From Octopus vulgaris (taxonomy: Eukaryota): a stretch of 64,000 nt of DNA. This document shows positions 14,361 to 26,600 of this stretch, piece after piece. Location of the stretch: positions 69,936,001 through 70,000,000 of the forward strand of contig OX597824.1 of NCBI GenBank assembly GCA_951406725.2, given 5' to 3'. Both the position numbers and the translations under genes were made by a program. The notes beneath the pieces were generated by a model. That model saw only the letters and a program-made list of their open reading frames with translations, did no database searches and had not been told where the DNA came from. Within the stretch, counting starts at the first letter, position 1; every line of letters starts with the position of its first letter.

Positions 14361-14419
<59 letters not shown>

Positions 14420-15070
14420 TTACTACTACTACTACTACTACTACTACTACGGCCATGACATCTACAACCACCATCACCACTATCGCCGCCACCCTAACCG
14501 ATATCTCATTATCATTCACAACACAACCGCCACCAACACCGCCTAATACATACAAGCACCACCACTACCACCACCGCAGCACGACCATTATGACCAATGT
14601 CACACAGAACCATAAATACGTTCATACACACATTTATACATACATGCGTACATGCACGCACCCGTTCATACATACATGAATATATAAAATATATACAAAG
14701 TATATATGTGTGTACGTTCTTAAACGTATTACTTCCATTACTTCTATGCATACGTTCTTACACACACACACACAAACACGCGCGCGAGCACACACACACA
14801 AACACGCGCGCGAGCACACACACACAAACACGCGCGCGAGCACACACACACACGCACACACACACACATACGCACACTCATATACACATATCTTGATCTA
14901 CCATCATCACCACTACCACCACAATGCTGTATGTATGTATGTATGTATGTATGTATGTATATATATATATATGCATGCTTGTATGCATGTATGTATATAC
15001 GTACGTCTGCTTACAAGAATTTGTGAATGTAGGCAAATATAAGCGTGTGTGTCTGTGCGTGTATATGTAG

Positions 15071-15129
<59 letters not shown>

Positions 15130-15170
15130 GGGGGTGTTATGTATATATGTGCATGTTTATATATATATAC

Positions 15171-15209
<39 letters not shown>

Positions 15210-15217
15210 AGCACACA

Positions 15218-15260
<43 letters not shown>

Positions 15261-15337
15261 ACACATCGTAAATCATCTGTATTCTGTTGAATTTCAGACA
15301 CCCGGACATTCACAAACACATCTATATACCTACACAT

Positions 15338-15407
<70 letters not shown>

Positions 15408-15521
15408 ACACACACTCACCCATACACACACTGGTCCCACTCACTCCTCACTTCCCATCATTCACTCACCACCTTCAATCACACACACACACCCTCCCTC
15501 GCACCCACTTTCACTCTTTCC

Positions 15522-15572
<51 letters not shown>

Positions 15573-16069
15573 ATTAACCAATTTACTCTGACCTCTGTCG
15601 TCTCCGGCTGTGGAGGAAGAAACAAACAGTCTGCCGTGGGAACAATTGCTGCCCGAACCAGTCAACGACGGAGCCTGTAAGTGACAGACCAGTCTGCTAG
15701 ATATAGCAGCCAAGTCTCCCTCAAATATCATACTTTTGTCTTAAGAAATTCAAAAAGAAATATTGGAAAATCTAGATATTCATTGGAATTTCTGAAAAAA
15801 AATATGGCGTCTGTCACAAGTGGGACGCTGACGGTCATATGTCTGCTCTATGAGAGCTCATTTAGGACTAATAACAAGAATACTTTGGTGCCGCCAATAC
15901 ATGGACGTTGAATAGTGGGCGTTGTACAAGTAAAAAGACGGAAGGTGAGGGTGTGGTGACGGCACAATTGCTAAACTGACATGTTAGATGTGTGTGTACA
16001 TGTGTATATGCAAATATGCGTGTATGTGTGTATATATTTATTGCATGCATGTGTGTGTGTGAGTGTGTA

Positions 16070-16107
<38 letters not shown>

Positions 16108-16418
16108 TGTAAGTGTATTTTTTTATTCTTTTATTTGTTTCTGTCATTTGAATGTGGGCATGCTGGAGCACTGCCTTTAGTTGGACAAATCGACCTCAGG
16201 ACTTATTTTATTGCCGAACCGCTATTTTACGGGGACGTAAACAAACCAACATCGGTGTCAAGTGATGGTGGGAGGGCTAACAGAGAACACAAATAAATAC
16301 GTATATATACATATATATAAATATATACATATATATATACATATATATATGCTTTCAACATGTGATCTCTTGAGCACCACCAGCAAAAAATTTTTTTCCT
16401 CTGTCTTTCCTTCTCCTT

Positions 16419-16453
16419 GTTTCCGACGAAGAGCTCCGCTCGAAACGTTAAAC
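16419..16453 (+). ncRNA. Minimal hammerhead ribozyme, variant core CCGACGA, in a short PLE 3'-end insertion (16351-16553)
   Basis: GTTT-CCGACGA-A-GAGC-TCC-GCTC-GAAA-CG-TT-AAAC. Downstream tttcctgagcg...taatac...aattgttc resembles the 3' end of the large PLE. Confidence 0.72.
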
Positions 16454-16553
16454 CCTCCTTCCCTTCTTTCCTGAGCGTCAAATAATACTTTAATTGTTCC
16501 ACGTCCTCGCGTTGCTGTGTTTTTTTCTGTGTTTTCTTGTTTGGATTAACTAC

Positions 16554-16584
<31 letters not shown>

Positions 16585-16595
16585 CATATATATTT

Positions 16596-16648
<53 letters not shown>

Positions 16649-16668
16649 AAAATAAGAATGGATCCGGC

Positions 16669-16760
16669 AATTTAGTACAAATGTTTCATACTATAACATT
16701 TTATTAAAAGCTGTAAATATTACAGCAGATATAATATGTCAAGTAATCTTCAGCTAATTT
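16669..16760 (-). ncRNA. Type I hammerhead ribozyme with extended stem II
   Basis: Minus strand: AATTAG-CTGAAGA-TTACTTGACAT...ATGTTATAGTAT-GAAA-CA-TT-TG-TA-CTAAATT. Complete core and GUA site, with an internal hairpin GCTGTAA/TTACAGC. Confidence 0.7.
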
Positions 16761-16918
16761 CATATAGGTTTTCCAATAATATAAAGTTCTCAAATCAATT
16801 AGTAACATCCTAGAGAAGGTAAATATACAGATAAAGATGTAGATGGGTAATACCATAAAAAATTCTGGTGCATCTAAATTAAGTACCATATTCATTTGAA
16901 TCTAAATTGTTTGCTAAA

Positions 16919-16973
<55 letters not shown>

Positions 16974-17086
16974 GACGGGCTTCTTTCAGTTTCCGTCTAC
17001 CAAATCCACTCAGATGAATTTAGTTGGCTCGAGGCTATAGTAGAAGACACTTGCCCATGAGTGCCATGGCAAAAACATCACGAAAA

Positions 17087-17128
17087 AACTGCAACTCAGA
17101 GTCTCACATTCCCGCTCATCGGGTAGTT
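17087..17128 (-). ncRNA. Degenerate hammerhead ribozyme
   Basis: Minus strand: AACTAC-CCGATGA-GCGGGAATGT-GAGA-CTC-T-GAG-TT-GCAGTT. Two core changes. Stem III ACTC-N-GAGT is as in 29283-29343. Confidence 0.5.
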
Positions 17129-17191
<63 letters not shown>

Positions 17192-17739
17192 GTGTTTGGG
17201 GAGAGTCACTTTCTTATATATATATATATAAGAAATACAAAATGAGACAAGAACGCAAAACATCCAGACAGGTGATACAAAAAAGGGCCAACAAAACATC
17301 CATATAGACGATACAAAGAAAACAAGGGACTGGTCATTCGGAGTCGAGTACCAGATTATCGTTGCAATTTCGGCTGGTTATACTCGAGATTTCCCCAATC
17401 TGGCCAGCCCCAAGGAAAAACTAAGCTAAGAGCATTAGATTCCTTGGAAGAAAGCAGCGAATGTATGGGAAAACAAGGACAAAAAAAATCGGAGAATGTT
17501 ACACAAGAACAAATAACAGTACATAACAACAGGTATCTTTCGACTAAGGACGAATTAAATTAAACTGGCGTGTGTTGAAGAGATTAAACTCAGAACTAGC
17601 TTAAACGAACATAGCTAAATATTAAAAAATAGGTTTTTCGTAATTTTTTTGTATTTATGGACCTTAAACTTCTAATAAGTGGTGAAGATGACGTTATGAT
17701 GAAAGCATCCCATTTCCTGGGATCTACTTCCTAGTTGAT

Positions 17740-17985
17740 AGGCGCAGGGGTTCGTGGATGAGCTAGTTCAATTGATTCTTATTGAATTGAACAGATGAGT
17801 CGGAGCGCAGAGAATGTGTGACTTCGATTTTCCATTGCTTCAAGCGTGACAAACCATTTCTAAACTGTTCTTTCAGTAATAGCGTCTTCTCTGTACGCAA
17901 CACAAATAACTCGAGCAACTTCATAGCTTTGGAAATTTGATTGAAAGCAAAGGGAAACAGGTGTCGAAAATGCCGTTTTTTCCCT
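17740..17985 (-). pseudogene. mariner transposase N-terminal relic
   Basis: Across frameshifts: HFRHL.FAFNQ.SKA.EVARVICVAYREDAITERTV*KWF...RS....FNKNQLN*LIHE, a mariner HTH-region pattern. Confidence 0.7.
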
Positions 17986-18689
17986 TCTTTCTTTTTCTGC
18001 TTGGCACCCAATCGTTATATGTCTGAAAAGAGACAAAGATTTATTCAGATTTCTAAAATAAGAGACAAAAGTTGCAGAATATTATAGAAGTACAAAACAG
18101 CCAAAAAACACCGCAAAAGTAATATATTTCGTGTTACTTCAAACAGTTCTTTTTACTATTGACACAAGGTCAAAAATTCTTGTAGAGGAGAGGCTACTCG
18201 GATTACTTTGACCCCAGTGCTTAACTGGTACTTATTTCATCAACCCCGAAAAGATGAATGGTAATGTTGACGTCAGCGACATTTGAGCTCAAAACGTAAA
18301 GAGCAGAAATAAATGCCGCAAAACATTTTGTCCGGAGCGGTAATGATTCTGATAGATTGCCACCTTCCATGTTATTTTGGATAATGGTTTCAAATTTTGG
18401 CACCAGGCCAGTAGTTTCGGTGGTGTGGGTTTAAGCCGATTAGATCCACCCCAGTGTTTCAACTGTTGCTTATTTTATTGGCCCCCGAAAGGATGAGAGG
18501 CAAAGTCGACCTCGGCAGATTTTGAACATAACGTAAAGACGGACGAAAAACCGCTAATGATTTTTTTTTCCCCGGGGGTGCTAACGATTCGGCCATCTTG
18601 CCGCCTTCACGTTTTTGTTCCAGATAATACTGGAACAAAACAAAACAAAAATAGAAAAAAACAAGACCCAACGAATTTATCTAACGGCT

Positions 18690-18987
18690 CAATTGCAGTA
18701 GGCCATGAGGTGATAAAGTCTGAGAAATTGTCCGAGGCACACTGTAATATGATTCCAATGATCAGAGTAAAAAGGGAGAGATTAGAAAGTTTGGTGAGTA
18801 AGTATAAGAAGCTAGCTGTAGGGGCGCAATGTTTGAAGGGAAGGCAGTGTCACCACTGAAACCCTTGTTGATTTGAAGTAACGAGAAGTGCTGTCGCCCT
18901 GGGTATGTATGTGTGTGTAGGTAATAGGTAATAGTATACATAGTTGGTAATACGTGTAGGTAATAGGTAATAGTATACGTAGTTGTG
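18690..18987 (+). repeat. Unclassified ~260-nt interspersed repeat, copy 1 (with ~41-nt internal duplication)
   Basis: Near-identical to the reverse complement of 21628-21886. Confidence 0.9.
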
Positions 18988-19769
18988 CTCAAGCATGCAG
19001 GCCACTACATCACCAGCATCAACAATACTTGGTTTACTTCAAAATTGTTTAATTCTTAAATTCATGTCAGCGTCACTCAACAAACCTTTTCCCGCCAATC
19101 TTATTCGGTAGTTTCTGTTAAACTCACATCATAAGTGGCATTGTCTAATTAAACTTAATTACAATGTCATTAGGACATTATACGATGTATTTTCACAATT
19201 AATTCTTTCTCTTCTCTTTTCATTTTCTTTTTTATTTATCGTTTTCCCTCTCTTGTTTGTTTAGTATATGTGTAGATATGTATTTTGTGTATATCTGTGT
19301 GGGGTGTGTGTGTGTATATATATGTGTGTGTGTGTGTGTGTGTTTTCGTGTGTGTGTGTGTGTGTGTGTGTGTATAAGTGTGTGTGTTTGTCCTTTGGGT
19401 ACAAAATTTAGTGTTCTCTCTAAGAAAAGGTTCAGAAACATCTACACACATGCACGCACACACACATACATACACGCGCCATACACACACGCGTTCACAC
19501 ACATACAAATATGTGTGTCATACATGCGTGTGTGTCTGTGCATGTGTATATTTCATGTATATACTATACATGTAATATAATATATCATACATATATGTGT
19601 GTGTGTGAGAGAGAGAGAGAGAGTGTGTATATATACATATGCATACATATATAAATACGAATATATATATATAAATATATATATACACACATATATGTAT
19701 GTATATGTATTTACATTCATATATATATACATACATACACGCGCGCGCATACACACACACACTCGCATG

Positions 19770-19815
<46 letters not shown>

Positions 19816-20149
19816 TATATATATGTGTATGTATCTACTATATGTGTGTGTGTGTATGTTTGTGTGTGTGTTTGTCACCCCCAACATCGCTTGACGACCG
19901 ATGCTGGTGTGCTTATGTCCCCGTGACTTAGCGGCTCGGCAAGAGAGACCGATAGAATAAGTGCTAGGGTTACAAAGAATAAGTCCTGGGGGTCAATTTG
20001 CTCGACTAAAGGCGGTACTCCAGCATGGCCGCAGTCAAATGACTGAAACAAGTGAAAGAACATACAAACATATATATATATATATATATATATATACATG
20101 CATACATATATATATAGAGAGAGACACACAGACAGACAGGTAGACCAAC

Positions 20150-20237
<88 letters not shown>

Positions 20238-20266
20238 GGACGGACGGACGGACGGACGGACGGACG

Positions 20267-20312
<46 letters not shown>

Positions 20313-20328
20313 TAGTAGATAGATAGAT

Positions 20329-20367
<39 letters not shown>

Positions 20368-20393
20368 TAGATAGATAGATAAATGGATGGATG

Positions 20394-20457
<64 letters not shown>

Positions 20458-20682
20458 TGCAGTCATACACTAACATCGATTCTTTCACTTGACCTTCTCA
20501 CTAACAGACCGACAGACACTTTGTTATTATTGTTATGCCACACAAGAGGAAGGCGGCGGTGACGACGGTAAGGGTAGCGGCGGTGGTGGTGACGTTGGTG
20601 GTAGTGGGCGTTGGTGATGGTAGGGGTAGGATAGTTAGTGTGCATTAAGATAGTGGAAGTAGTAGTGGTGATCGTTAGCAGC

Positions 20683-20760
<78 letters not shown>

Positions 20761-21376
20761 GGTGGTGGCAGTAGTAGTTGCTATGTCTTCCGCTTTTCTT
20801 TCTCTTTATTCATTCATGTCGAGTAAAAAGTGGACCACTAATGTCCCTAACACTCACATAGAGCAACGTGCTGAAGAAAACCACATAGGCACATATACAC
20901 ACCACACGGCCATACACGAATATAACACAAACGCATACACACATATGCATGCATAGATACATATAGATCCCATTGACATGGACAGAGAAACACGCATGCG
21001 CATATACATATCTATGCATATACACCCATGTAAAATATATTCCACTCATCCGTACACTTGCACGTACACAGGACTACACGCATGATCTGTGCACGTAAAC
21101 ACACACTCACACACACATACGCACACATAAACATATACATAATCCATACATACATATACACAATTGTGTATACACACACATACACAATCATTTACGCACA
21201 GAATTACACATGACACAGAAGTATACACAGGCATATACGCATGCATATACATGTCCAGATATATGCAAGCATTTGCACATGTACACACACACATATACAT
21301 ACACGTATGTAAATACATATGTTACACATCCATACATATATGCATACACATACATATAAACACTCACATATACGTT

Positions 21377-21432
<56 letters not shown>

Positions 21433-21627
21433 CACAGACATACAGGCAGATACACATACATAGACACACGCAAACATACACACGCAGTTTTATATACCTA
21501 TTTTTCTCAGCCCTTTTCAACAATGATGGTTCCCAAATCAGTTTTCTTGCAGAGAATCACCGCTTCGCATTCTATGACCACACTGCACTTAAATGTGAAT
21601 CTTTTTTTTAGTTATGGCCCCTTTCTA

Positions 21628-21886
21628 CACAACTACGTATACTATTACCTATTACCTACACATACATACATACCCAGGGCGACAGCACTTCTCGTTACTT
21701 CAAATCAACAAGGGTTTCAGCGGTGACACAGCCTTCACTTCAAACATTGCGCCCCTACAGCTAGCTTCTTATACTTACTCACCAAACTTTCTAATCTCTC
21801 CCTTTTTACTCTGATCATTGGAATCATATTACAGTGTGCCCCGGTCAATTTCTCAGACTTTATCACCTCCTGGCCTACTGCAATTG
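21628..21886 (-). repeat. Unclassified ~260-nt interspersed repeat, copy 2 (inverted)
   Basis: Near-identical to the reverse complement of 18690-18987. Confidence 0.9.
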
Positions 21887-21899
21887 TTTCGAATATCTC

Positions 21900-22308
21900 A
21901 AAAGCACAGGTTGTAGCCACTATTTTCAAATTTTGGCACAAACCCCAACAATTTCCGGGAAGGGCCTAAGTTGATTTTCTCGACACCATTGCTCAACTAG
22001 TATCGACGCCAAAAGGATGAACGGCAAAGTCGACCTCGGCGGAATTTGAACTCAGAACCTAAAGACGGACGAAATACTTATTTCTTTACTACCCACAAGG
22101 GGCTAATCACAGAGAGGACAAACAAGGACAGACAAATGGATTAAGTCGATTATATCGACCCCAGTGCGTAACTGGTACTTATTTAATCGACCCCGAAAGG
22201 ATGAAAAGCAAAGTCGACCTCGGCGGAATTGGAACTCAGAACGTAACGGCAGACGAAATACTGCTAAGCATTTCGCCCGGCGTGCTAACGATTCTGCCAG
22301 CTCGCCAC
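21900..22308 (-). mobile_element. SINE family B, tandem or nested pair
   Basis: Two consecutive cores aaagtcgacctcggcggaatt. Confidence 0.85.
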
Positions 22309-23078
22309 TTTTACAGAAAACAGCCATTAACAACGACTGTCTGTTGCATCTTGAGTCTTTTTTCTGTCCTTTAACTCCCACATGTACAACTTCCATGAAA
22401 CCACACCCGTTTAATATCTAACTTCTCATAACATTCAATAACATGTTCTCTCTCTCTCTCTCCCTCTCTCCTCCAATAAACACCATAATACCCTAAATAC
22501 CAATAACCGCATGAATAACCTTCAGTTTCCTTCAAGTGGCATTTTTACAAAGAAATATAAAATAGTTTATAATAAAAATAGTTTTCCTCGTAGGAATTCT
22601 GCTTCACAACAGAACAGTAACATCTGGAAAATCGGAGCCTTTGTGTGGTTGCTAACACTGCTAGAAATAGCAGAGTAGTGAGGATCATCATTCTGAAATC
22701 ACATGATAGCGTATTTTCAAAGAAAAGGTGAAGTTAAGTAGGAGAATATGCTCCAAAATCAACCGAAAAGATCTAACACGGAATGATCATGATTGCAAAG
22801 TCTTTGATCATTGATCTGTTAAATCAATGCTGATCTGAGTCCAACAGCAAAAACGCCTACTACAACAATAACAACAGCAAATTTTGGAAAACCTGGAGAA
22901 AACCACGAATCGGTTTGGTGACAAATATTTGGAACTGTATACTGAATATATGTAGCCCTATGGACATATATATATATATAACGGGAAGCTTTATGAAAAT
23001 AAACAAAAGACGAAGGCAGGTGGAAAACAAACGAACAATTGTATTAGTATGGCGCTCAGGAAATATAAATAAAACAAG

Positions 23079-23116
23079 TCTTTAACGTTTCGAGCCTACG
23101 CTCTTCAACAGAAAGA
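23079..23116 (-). ncRNA. Minimal type I hammerhead ribozyme (PLE 3' repeat), variant core CUGUUGA
   Basis: Minus strand reads TCTTT-CTGTTGA-A-GAGC-GTAG-GCTC-GAAA-CG-TT-AAAGA. Stem I is TCTTT/AAAGA, stem II is GAGC/GCTC, stem III is the palindrome ACGT, and the cleavage triplet is GUU. Confidence 0.8.
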
Positions 23117-23289
23117 TACACAGAGAGAGAAAAACACCGAAAGAAGGAGAGAAAAAAATGCGTGCAGTAGCTAACGAATCAACATGGCGATCTGATTTCG
23201 GCCAGAGGTCAAAGATCAAACATGAGACGCGAGAGCGAAATAAGGGGAGATAATAGGGTTGAGGGACCAGCTAAAAGTGCGTGGGAGGG

Positions 23290-23587
23290 GTCTGGATGTG
23301 TATGTATAGGGTTGGTGTATGTATTAGTATGTATAAGGGTGTGTGTGTGTGTGTGTATGAGAGAGTATCAGTGTGTGGGATTGGTCTGGACGTGCGTATG
23401 TATGGGGTTGGTGTATGTATTAGTATGTATTAGTATGTATTAGTACGTATTGGTATGTATAGGTGTGTGTGTGTGTGTGTGAGAGAGTATAAGTGCGTAT
23501 GCGGGGTCTGGACGTGTGTATGTATAGGGTTGGTGTAAGTATTAGTATGTACTAGTATGTATTAGTACGTATTAGTATGTATTAGTT
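23290..23587. repeat. Three imperfect ~95-122-nt tandem units in the PLE 3' UTR with nested GTATTAGTAT 10-mers
   Basis: Each unit starts gtctgga(c/t)gtg...gggttggtgta. Repeated in the pseudo-LTR at ~27782-28080. Confidence 0.8.
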
Positions 23588-23634
23588 GGTGAGTGTATTA
23601 GTATGGCACATCATATGTGATGTGATGTGTAAAG

Positions 23635-26600
23635 TCATGTGGTGTAGTGAGGAGAAGAGGGGGAGGGGAGAAGAGGGGGGAGAAGGGGAGGGGAAGAAGA
23701 GGGGGAGGGGAGGGTGAAGAGGAGAGGATGGGGAGAAGGAAGGGGAGGAGAGGGATGAAGGAGGAAAGAGGGAGAGGGGGAGAGAGAAGGGGAGAGAGGG
23801 AGTGAGGGAGCAGAGGGAAGAGGAAGAGGGAGGGAGAAAGAGGGAAGAAGGGAAGGGGAGTAGGGGTGAAAGGATGAAGGACTGAAGAAGTGGGGGTCGG
23901 GGGGAGAAAGGATAGGTGAGGAGGGGGAGAGGGGGGTTAGATGAGGAGGGGGAGAGTTGAGACCAAATGGCGTATAAGAGCGAAGAGAGAAGATTAATTC
24001 CTGTTCACGGCGCAAACGGGAATCCGGATGGCCTCTGTGTAAGGACAAACCGAACACAGATAGGTGTTGCAAGGAGTGACCGGTGGAGCGGAAATGGCGT
24101 GAGACCGGTGTGTCGTTCGCAAGGTGGATGTCACGAAGGTGTTCCGCGAACCGGTCAGCCAAGCGGCGTCCCGTTTGTCCGATGTACAAGGAATTGCAGA
24201 GAGAGCAAGAGATGCAATAGATAATATTGCTGGAGGTGCAGGTGAAGGAGTGGATGATGGGATAGGGTCGATGGTGGGTGCTAGTGAGGCGGGTGGTGTT
24301 GGAGAGGTAAGGGCAAGTGCGGCAACGTGGGCGGGAGCAGGTGAACGAGCCGGGTTGGGAGGTAGGGTCAGGGAAGGAGCTATGGACCAAAAGGTCTCGA
24401 AGGTTGTGGGCTCGTTTGAAAGAGGGGAGGGGTCGGTTAGGGAAGAGGTGTGAAGTGGACGGGTCGGACTGGAGACGACGGAAAGCTCGAAGAATGGTGC
24501 GTTGGAGACGTAGGGTCGTGGGGTGGTAAGTGAGGGGAAAAGGGAGGCGGGAGACTACAGGGCGGGTTCGGGGAGAGAGAGCAGATACACGGTCCACGGA
24601 CCGTGCTCTGGCAAGGGCGGTGTGGATAGTGGTGAGGGGGTATCCACGTAGGGTGAAGTGGTGAGCCATACGTTGAGACTGAGTCTCAAAGTCATGGTCG
24701 TCACTACAGAGCCTACGTAGACGGAGGAATTGGGAATAGGGGATGGAAAGCTTGGTGTGTTCTGGGTGGGAGGAAGAGAAGTTGAGGTATGAGTGTGAGT
24801 CTGTGTGTTTGTAGTGAATGGAGGTGGTAAGAGTGGAGTCAAGAATGCTAACCGAAATGTCGAGGAAGGAGACAGAGGTGTTGGAGATAGTGGAAGTGAA
24901 GTGGAGGGCTGGATGGAAAGATTGGACGAAAGAGAGGAAGGAATCTAGATGTTCGCGGGAGAGTGAGGTGGCACCGATAATGTCGTCAATATAACGACCA
25001 TATAGTTCAGGAGTGGGACCAGTGAAAGTAGAGAATATTTGGGCCTCAACATAGCCAACGAACAGGTTCGCATAGTTGGGGCCCATTCGCGTTCCCATGG
25101 CCACTCCCGAGACCTGATGGTAGAACTCGCCCGCGAACGAGAAGCAGTTCAGAGTAAGGACAAGTTCGGCCAGACGAATGAGTGTGGAGGTGTCAGGTAC
25201 AGGGTTAGAGCGGAGGTCAAGAAAGTGTCGAAGGGCCTGCAGTCCTTCGTGGTGAGGGATAACAGTATAGAGGCTTTGGATGTCCATAGTAAAAAGGATT
25301 TTGGAGGAGCCGGGAGGAAAGGAGAAAGAGTTGAAAAGCCGGAGAGCATGGTTGGTATCGTGGATGTGGGAGGGAAGAGATGCCACTAGGGGGGCAAGGA
25401 CACGGTCGAGGTATTTAGAGATGAGCTCCGTGGGGCAGTTACAGGCGGAGACGATGGGGCGGCCAGGGTTGTTGGGTTTGTGGATTTTGGGGAGGAAGTA
25501 AATGGTGGGGGTACGTGGGGTTCGCACAATTAGGTTGGATGCGGTGCGGGGGAGACGGGAGGACGAGATGAGGTCTTGGACCGTAGAGGATACCGTCTGT
25601 TGGTAGCTACGTGTGGGGTTAGAGGGCAGAGGGGAATAGAAGGAGGTGTCATTGAGTTGGCGGAAAGCCTCGGCCCTATAGAGGTCCGCGCGCCACACCA
25701 CTACAGCTCCACCCTTGTCAGCCGGTTTGATGATAATGTCAGCGCGCCGTTGGAGGGAACGAAGAGCCAAGAGCTCAGCCGGGGAGATGTTGAGGCGGCG
25801 TTGGCGCCTGGAGAAGTTGAACCGCTCCAATGCACGCTGACAAGCGCCCGCGAAAAGATCCACTGCTAGGATCTGGCCAGGGGCAGGCGTCCACGGGGAT
25901 GGTCGGCGGCCCAGGCCAGTGAAGCAGTCGTCCTCTTCGTTGGGTGTGGGTGGCGAGTCGTGGTAATGCGCACCCAACCGGACACGGCGCACAAAGCTGT
26001 GGACATCAACTCGCGTCTGGAATTCCTTACAGGATGGAGTGAGGGGGATGAAACGCAGACCCCTACCAAGGACGGAGCGTTCAGCCGCAGAGAGGGGAAG
26101 ATCGGGGGGAATGGTAACAACAGACGGAAGTGAAGAAGGGGTGGGTGGAATAGAAGTAGGAGGGGTGGTAGGTCTCGTGGAGGTCTGAGGGGGAGGGATT
26201 GGGGAGGTGTGTGGGGGGTGGTTGGGCGGGGCAGTAGGGTTAGGTGTAGGTGGATGGAGCCTAACGGGAGGGGAGAAGGGGTTGTAGGGAGGGGCAGTGG
26301 GGTTAGGTGTGGGTGGATGGAGCCTATCGGGAGGGGAGAAGGGTGGTGGAGGAGTTGGGGTAGTGGCGTCGGGTAGGGTGGAATGGAAGAGTGATTGGAG
26401 TTTACGAAGTTTGGTATCAGAAAGAAATTGATGGAAGAGTTGATTCAAATGGATAATGAAGCGTAGCGTGTTTGGAGCATAGAGAGGCGGCAGAGAGGAG
26501 AAGAAGGTGGAGAAAGCAGGAGGAAGAAGGCGGTTGATGGCTTGTAGTTTGGAGAGATTGGAGCGAATGGTGGCCCGCATAAGGCGGTAAGATGTGGTGC

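Noticed and set aside
15595-15676. Apparent minus-strand exon (cag|GCTCCGTCGT...AG|gtcaga) with a look-alike acceptor at ~50198, suggesting duplicated alternative exons
   Set aside because: Both sites precede the ctgctagaaatagcagccaa..ccctcaaat-type motif of an old dispersed repeat (partly also at ~22633). Shared repeat ancestry explains the similarity.
17232-17580. TA-adjacent island with a short tandem duplication, resembling a retroelement 3' end
   Set aside because: No ribozyme core or coding motif is visible, so it cannot be classified.
23384-23587. Regular short repeats that could suggest a CRISPR-like array
   Set aside because: They are tandem 10-mers without unique spacers, in a eukaryotic retroelement UTR.
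23967-25869. Plus-strand ORFs antisense to the PLE ORF
   Set aside because: They are shadow ORFs of GC-rich coding sequence with no independent motifs.
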